Below, piece after piece: positions 56,803 to 64,000 of a stretch of 64,000 nucleotides of DNA (positions are counted from its first letter, which is position 1; every line of letters starts with the position of its first letter). The notes below the pieces were generated by a model, which saw only the letters and a list, made by a program, of their open reading frames with translations, was not told where the DNA came from and made no database searches. Position numbers and translations under genes: made by a program. This DNA comes from Octopus vulgaris (taxonomy: Eukaryota): the NCBI GenBank assembly GCA_951406725.2, contig OX597819.1, forward strand, positions 33,418,001 to 33,482,000, written 5' to 3'.

Positions 56803-57233
56803 ATCTTTTATCTTTTACTTGCTTCAGTCATTATTAGACTGTGGCCATGCTGGGGCACCATCTTGAAGAATTTTTAGTCGAATGTATTGACCCTCATACT
56901 TATTTTGCCCTTTTCTTTTTAAAGCCTGGTACTTATTCTATCAGTTTCTTTTGTCAAACCACTAAGTTACAGGGATGTAAACACACCAGCATAGGCTTTC
57001 AAATGGTGGGGGTGGGGGACAAACGCAGACTCAAAGACACACACATAGATATATATGTATACATATATACAATGGGCTTCTTACAGTTTCCATCTACCAG
57101 ATTCATTCACAAGGCTTTGATTGGCCCAAGGCTATAGTAGAAGATACTTGCCCAAGGTGCCATGCAGTGGGACTGAATCCAGAACCATGGGGTTGAAAAG
57201 CAAGCTTCTTACCACACAGCCACGCCTGTGCCT
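56803..57233 (-). mobile_element. SINE family A
   Basis: Full-length diverged copy. Confidence 0.85.
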
Positions 57234-57743
57234 ATGTGCTTATCAATTAGCTAAGTTTATTTTCAAATAGCTCTCCCTCTCTCTCTCTCTCTAGCTCTCT
57301 CTCTCTCTCTCTCACTATATATATATATATATATATATCTTTATTATTACAAAATCTAGATACAGAGAAATTTTAAGAAAAGAACAAAAACCTGTAAACA
57401 GCAGAGAAAAGGCTGAAGTCAGACATTTTCTTCCCCATTGCCACACTTAACAAGGGAATGCTGTCTTTGCTTTCTTTCTTCAAGTATCACTTAAAAAAAG
57501 ACTGTAAAGTTAGACAGGAATTCCATGCTGTCTTGTGGTAAATAAAAGATGGCTGAGAGTAGACAGTATGAACGCAGGTGAAGTATAGAAGATGTTTGAG
57601 CAAAACCCTTTCTCCTCACCCCAGTTTAGCTTTACAAGTGCAACAAATTTGAAGATGGTTACATTTTCAAGTTTCCAATTGGAATGGTGTTCACGTGCAT
57701 GCGTGTGTGAGCATTCATATCTGTCTGTATGTGTGAGCATTAA

Positions 57744-57782
<39 letters not shown>

Positions 57783-58086
57783 ACGTATGTGCTAAAATAT
57801 TGTTTAGAGTCACTTCTGTGTCTCTGCTTAATAATGTCCTGTTTTCATTTCCTCCTTCCTTCCTAAGAGAATCTGGTTGCAAATAAAGAAATTATTAGCA
57901 TTTATATATCTATTCTGTTAACTTTTATAGTGTATATTTAGTAAAAATAGCGCTTATACTATTTTATTACATCACAACACATATACATATATATATATCT
58001 ATAAATAAATATATACATAAATATATACATAAATATATATATATATATACATATATACATATATATATATACATATATATATATAT

Positions 58087-58305
58087 AGGGAGAGTTTACA
58101 AAAAAACAACAAAAGACGAAGACAGGTGGTGTACAAAACAAACAGATGTATTAGTATAACGCTCAGGAATAGAAAAAGTCTTTTACGTTTCGAGCCTATG
58201 CTCTTCTACAGAAAGGGACACAGAAAAAACAAGGAGAGAAAAAAAGCAAGGAGAGAAAAAAATGTGTGTAGTGGCTAACGATCTATCTTGGCGTCTATCA
58301 CGTCT
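58087..58305 (-). mobile_element. Short hammerhead-bearing insert in (TA)n, probable Penelope-like remnant
   Basis: Non-simple ~220-bp island between TA-rich tracts containing the 58180 motif. Confidence 0.5.
58180..58215 (-). ncRNA. Minimal hammerhead-like motif with variant core CUGUAGA
   Basis: Minus: CTTT-CTGTAGA-A-GAGC-atag-GCTC-GAAA-CG-TA-AAAG; perfect stems I and II; non-canonical core position 6. Confidence 0.65.
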
Positions 58306-58462
58306 ATATATACATATATAGGCTCTTCATATCCTGAGTTCAGATGCCAGTGTTCAAATATGCCTTTCATCCTTTTGAGTTAATAAAATAAAGCACCAGA
58401 TTCTATGATATCAACTAACCATTCCCCTAAAATGTGCTGGCCTTATGCCTCTAGTAGAGAGG

Positions 58463-58519
<57 letters not shown>

Positions 58520-59675
58520 GATGTTGCACAGTATATCATGAGGTTCTTGATTGAAGATATTGTGTCTACCAGGGGTTTGTCAAGTCACAACAAGGACCTC
58601 AGACAGACAGTACTTTATGCATTATGCATGCACTTCCAAGTAAAACCAGTTTTTGCAATACATCTAGATTGTAGGGTATTTCTAAGGTTTACAGATGGTT
58701 TTCCAGACTGGGTAGTATTGAACCCAATGCTCTGATGACAATAGGGATAACCTTTATGTTTGACTTTTGTAGATGTCACATCTTAGCGATCTCAATTTTC
58801 AGGTCTCCATATTTATCAACCTTTTCTCTTTCTTTCATGATGACATGTTGACCTTCTGACCACATCAATTATTAGGCACTTTTGCTTGTCCCTCCTAATG
58901 GTTACTATAGGAGGGAGGAAGCATTCCATCAGTTACGACGATGACAGTTCCGGTTGATCCGAATCAACGGAACAGCCTGCTCGTGAAATTAACGTGTAAG
59001 TGGCTGAGCACTCCACAGACACGTGTACTCTTAACGTAGTTCTTGGGGATATTCAGCGTGACACAGAGAGTGACAAGGCCGGCCCTTTGAAATACAGGTA
59101 CAACAGAAACAGGAAGTAAGAGTGAGAGAAAGTTGTGGTGAAAGAGTACAGCAGGGATCACCACCATCCCCTGCCGGAGCCTCGTGGAGCTTTTAGGTGT
59201 TTTCGCTCAATAAACACTCACAACGCCCGTTCTGGGGATCGAAACCGCGATCCTATGACCGCGAGTCCGCTGCCCTAACCACTGGGCCATTGCACCTCCG
59301 GTTACTATATCCAGCCTAATACCTTGTCTGTTTGGAAGTCAAAGTCCTAGAGGATTTTTGCCTTCCCCTTTTTGTCCATTACCTTTTCCAGTGTATGTTG
59401 GCACCAAGTACCCATAACCTAATGTCCATACATACGACATAGTAGCCAGTGAAGATTTTGGGTACCTTGTCATGTCTACACTTGTACTCTTTCTGTGCAA
59501 GACTTTCACAAGCACTAACAACATGAGTCACACTTTCAAACCTCTTCCCACACATTCTGCAGAGGTCCACTGCACTTGTGTGGAATATATTCTTTTACAT
59601 TGAGTCAATATTTAATACCTGGTCTTGGACAGTGAAGATTAGGCTTTCAGTATTCTTTTTTAAGTCACCCTATTG
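58520..59675 (-). mobile_element. 3' fragment of R4/Dong-like LINE (CCHC plus restriction-like endonuclease), split by a SINE
   Basis: CRMCGKRFESVTHVVSACESLAQKEYKCRHDKV (CCHC knuckle followed by RHD); bounded by (TAT)n tracts on both sides. Confidence 0.78.
58917..59299 (-). mobile_element. SINE family C (young)
   Basis: Near-identical copy; TSD ggttactata (58900-58909 / 59300-59309). Confidence 0.92.
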
Positions 59676-59847
<172 letters not shown>

Positions 59848-60074
59848 TAAGGCAGTGAGCTGGCAGAATCATTAGCGCGCTGGACAAAATGCTTAGTGGT
59901 GTTTTGCTTGTCACGTTTTAAGTTCAAATTCTGCTAAGATTGACTATGCCGTTCATCCTTTTGGGGTCAATAAAAAAAATTCCAGCTGAACACCGGGGTC
60001 ATTGTAATTGATTAGTCCCCTACCCCAAATTAGCAGCCCTTGCAGCAAAATTTGAAATCATTATTGTTATTATG

Positions 60075-60121
<47 letters not shown>

Positions 60122-60962
60122 GATTATTATTATTATTATGCTATTTTTAATATTATTGTTATTAAAAAACTGTCACTGGAAGCAGATGGATGAAAAGCAG
60201 GTTAGCATTGTTTATATAAACAAAGATTTAGTGAAGCCTTATTTCTTTTATTTTAAATAGAGAAAGAATGAGAGAGAGTTGTGTGTGTGACAGAGAGAAA
60301 GGGAGAAGAAAGAGTGGAAGAGTGTGCATGTGTGTGTGACAAAGAGAGAGAGAGAGTGTTTGTGTGTGTGTGTGTGTGTACACAAGAGGAAATATATTCA
60401 CTACAAACTGTGTGTATACAAGACGAAAAATATTCACCACAAACTGTGAGTGTAACATCTGTTTCAGTAATTTTTCTCCAAATGGCTAAGTGAGAAGAAG
60501 GAGGTCATCACCTGTGACATTTTTAGGGTCACTAGTATTGGTGGAAGTCAGTGTCAGAATGGAAACTTGTATGAATGTTTGCAGTAGAGGGGACTCTGTC
60601 AAAGGCTCCAAAATGCCAAATGGTGGAAACTGTAAAACTAGATGAGAGAGAGAGAGAGAGAGAGAGGCAGGGGGCTTGAGTGTTTTCCCCAGTAAAAGGA
60701 GTGATCCATTTAATAGATTACCTCATAGTTTATTAAATTTCACACAAAATGCTATATTGGGCTCAAGATGGTGCACAGAGTATCCAAAAGTAGTTTCAAA
60801 AGCATACCAAATTTCACTCACAAACCTTTAGTCATTTTGAGGTTATTATGGTAGAACACAATAGTCTAAGGGTACTGAACCCCAAAATCATGCCGTTGCA
60901 AACTCAAATTCTTAACCACACTTATTGCTATAAGTAGCAATGCATTTATACATATATATATA

Positions 60963-61358
60963 CTAGCAGTATCACCTGGTGTTGCTCAGGTTTGTAAGGG
61001 AAATAACTATATAAGCATTTTTAGAGAGTTATAGCCAAAAAATAGCAAAAAAATGCATTAAAAATGGAAAAAAAATGATGGTAAATTTTTTTTAAATCGT
61101 TGACTCATCGTAGACATTTTTAGAGAGTTACTTCCCTTATATAATAGCGAAAAAATGCATTAAAATGGAAAAAATTATGGTAAATTTTTTTTTAAATCGT
61201 AGACTCATCGTAGACACGCGCTAATACCCAGAAGGGCTCGATATGAATCACGACTATAAGATACCAGGTTTTGGTTAAACTGCACCGCAAAATGTGGGAG
61301 TCGTTAGGAATCTAAATCATAGGAGACAGACACACAACTTCACTTTTATATATAAAGA
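60963..61358 (-). mobile_element. Non-autonomous Helitron
   Basis: Minus strand begins A|TC (61358) and ends CTAG|T (60963), with a subterminal imperfect hairpin (cctgagcaacaccagg); internal ~100-bp tandem duplication. Confidence 0.75.
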
Positions 61359-61612
61359 TTACTAAATAAATATAATGAGGCCCTAGGTAAATGCAACGAC
61401 CACTTTTTCATATCTTCAAATTTTACCACAAATCTAAATTCAACCTAAATCACCTTGCAGCACATATCCCAAACACCTCTTATATAATTGTCAGCAACCT
61501 TATTTGACTTTCTATTGTCTCAGTTTTTGATTTTCTAAGTCACCAATCTTATTTTTTAAATGCTTAATAATACATATATAGACATGTATACATGTATGCA
61601 TGCATGTGTATG

Positions 61613-61654
<42 letters not shown>

Positions 61655-62590
61655 TTCAGATGAATATGGTACTTGAGTTGAGGCACCAGAATTTAGTACG
61701 GTATTATCCATATAATTTCAAAGTAAGGTGATTAAAATCAAAATAAGGTGATTAAAATCCTTGATATATATACATATATATAAGCATATATGCATATTGG
61801 TTTAAGTACATAAGTATGCGGGACTATATAATAGTGCATATACATTTTGTCACTCTCTGATTCCTCAGGCCTCATTAGCACATCAGCCAGTACAATAAAC
61901 ACCTCTATCTAATTTTAGAAACTTGACCATTATATCTTATTATTCATCCCTTCCTTTTTGAGGTTTACTACTTACTTTAGTAACCCCACCCTGTACCATT
62001 TTCTGTACCCATCCCTCCACCATAGTGCCTTTCAAACATATCACCCCACCTCCTTCCCTACATCTCTCCTATCTCTCCTCTACTCCTCTCACATCCCCCT
62101 CAATATATCTTGACCACCAACTAACACTCCTTTTTCATTTTCTCTTACTCGTCTTTTCATTTTCTCTTCCTCTTTCTGCCTTTCTTCTTTCCTCACCTAT
62201 TCCTTTTGACCATTCTCTTCATTTTAACACACACATCTTTTCTCTTCTCTTTATCTACTTAATGCTATCACTACATTCTAAAAATTTCATTCACACCACA
62301 AAACCCCTTTGAATGAACAGCACATGGAATCTACATCTCCACACTTTCCATTTGTAATGACAAAATATGAACTCCTATCTGAATTTACATACCATGGACA
62401 AGAAGCATTTCTAACACTTCTACACACCACTTTCCTTGGATAATGGAACTGCAACTATAACATCCCACATATATTTATATTTTTACTTTTATTCTCTTAT
62501 TTCCCTTTATACTTCTTATTTCTATCCTTTTCCAAAATAACTCCTTATACTGAACTCTACTATTTCCCTCTATTTAATTATTTCACACCA

Positions 62591-62635
62591 TCTCTGATGA
62601 TGGACTATCCCTAATATCTCAGAAACAGCCATAAG
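62591..62635 (+). ncRNA. Degenerate hammerhead motif
   Basis: TCT-CTGATGA-tggactatccctaatatctca-GAAA-cagcca-TA-AGA; same flanks (acaccatct... / ...aatgt..aattc..ccttgg..tctcatt) as the 48449 copy. Confidence 0.62.
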
Positions 62636-63179
62636 AATAGCTTTCTCTTCATAAATGTCTTGAAAATTCCACATGGCCTTGGCTTTGTTGTCTCATTTTA
62701 TTTAACACACACACACACACATGAACTTCATTAGCTGACAACTATTTCTGATTGGTAATGTTTTTTCCAGTATATATGTATAAATGTAATACTTTTCCCA
62801 AATAAATTGCACTTTATATCTGAAATACTGATGAAACTGTAGGCTGTTACTCAGGCACTCAACTAAGTAACCACTGCATCTCATAGCAGAAACAGCTGTA
62901 AGCTAATGCAAGTTCATCAGTTAATCATTTATTCCTTTATCATCTCATTTTATTATTACCACTCTGTACTTGACAAATGCTTCATTCTGAAGCATATGTA
63001 TATTGAGTTATACACCTGGTTATTAATCCCGCAATGCGCCTAAGTAACATATTACATATCATCATTATCATCATCACCATCATCATTTAATATCTGCTTT
63101 CCATGTTTGCATGTGTTGGACGGTTTGATAGGAGCTGCTCAGTAGAACTGCCCAGGCTATATATATATATATATGTGTG

Positions 63180-63235
<56 letters not shown>

Positions 63236-63371
63236 GAAATTCAGGGTGAGTACTTGATAATTGTAAGCACCTGTATATACCGTTTGGTGGTGTAGGTGGT
63301 GGAGTAAATTAATCAAAATAAAAACATGATGCTAAGGATTCATCCTTAGTATCATGTTTTTATTTTGATTA

Positions 63372-63374
<3 letters not shown>

Positions 63375-63430
<56 letters not shown>

Positions 63431-63439
63431 CATATATAA

Positions 63440-63478
<39 letters not shown>

Positions 63479-63658
63479 TACATATATATACATGTACATA
63501 TATATATTATATATATACATATATATATTTATATATATATACATATATATATTTATATATATATATTTATATACATATATATATATGTATATATATATAT
63601 AGACATATATATTATATATATATATACATATATATATTATATATATATACATACATAC

Positions 63659-63700
<42 letters not shown>
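63375..63700. repeat. (TA)n microsatellite
   Basis: Visible tract. Confidence 0.95.
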
Positions 63701-63704
<4 letters not shown>

Positions 63705-63931
63705 TATAAATTAGGGTATCTGAGAGATACCACCATGCTGAAATAGCTGTCAAAACCCTGACCCTAAAGCCACCTTAAATGTTCATATCATGCTAGGAGA
63801 GAAGACAGAGACAAAATAAACTAGCAGAAAAATATTTTTCTGGGTAATTCAAGATCCTGGATTTCTGGCTTTGTGTGAGAAGCTCTGCCTTCTTCAGTTG
63901 AATATACTAGATAACCCTAATTTATAGTTTT
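63700..63931 (-). mobile_element. Penelope-like element remnant with inverted ends and hammerhead
   Basis: AAACTATAAATTAGGGTATCT (63701-63721) vs AGATAACCCTAATTTATAGTTTT (63909-63931) inverted repeat with 1 indel, enclosing the hammerhead; abuts a long (TA)n. Confidence 0.6.
63847..63903 (-). ncRNA. Type I hammerhead ribozyme motif (intact core)
   Basis: Minus: ATTCAA-CTGAAGA-aGGC...GCCa-GAAA-TCCagGA-TC-TTGAAT; 6-bp stem I, near-palindromic stem III, AUC cleavage triplet. Confidence 0.8.
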
Positions 63932-64000
63932 AAATAATTATTACCTTTGTATGGTATTTATTCCCATGCTGGCCACTTGATAAGATCGATATTTAAATAT

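Overview
Eukaryotic, AT-rich, extremely microsatellite- and SINE-dense genomic DNA. The repeat repertoire suggests a cephalopod (octopus-like) genome, which is my inference. Almost all listed ORFs are artefacts of simple repeats or SINEs. The only host-gene coding sequence I can support is two consecutive minus-strand exons (5911-5787 and 1542-1413). They splice in frame and encode part of the FERM domain of a PLEKHH1/2 (MAX-1)-like PH-MyTH4-FERM protein, so the remaining ~58 kb is probably one very large intron. That region holds at least five SINE/short-retroposon families with modular head/tail swaps and clear TSDs, two decayed mariner elements, TTAA-flanked piggyBac-like MITEs, a non-autonomous Helitron, a Helentron/HINE, and decayed RTE and R4/Dong-like LINE fragments. 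The most notable unannotated signal is a set of 6-7 minimal type I hammerhead-ribozyme motifs from several unrelated families. They sit in short cassettes, several flanked by inverted repeats and embedded in (TA)n tracts, consistent with Penelope-like element remnants. The two host exons are also bracketed by several inverted SINE pairs and total 255 nt with no stop codon, a circRNA/A-to-I editing-prone layout.
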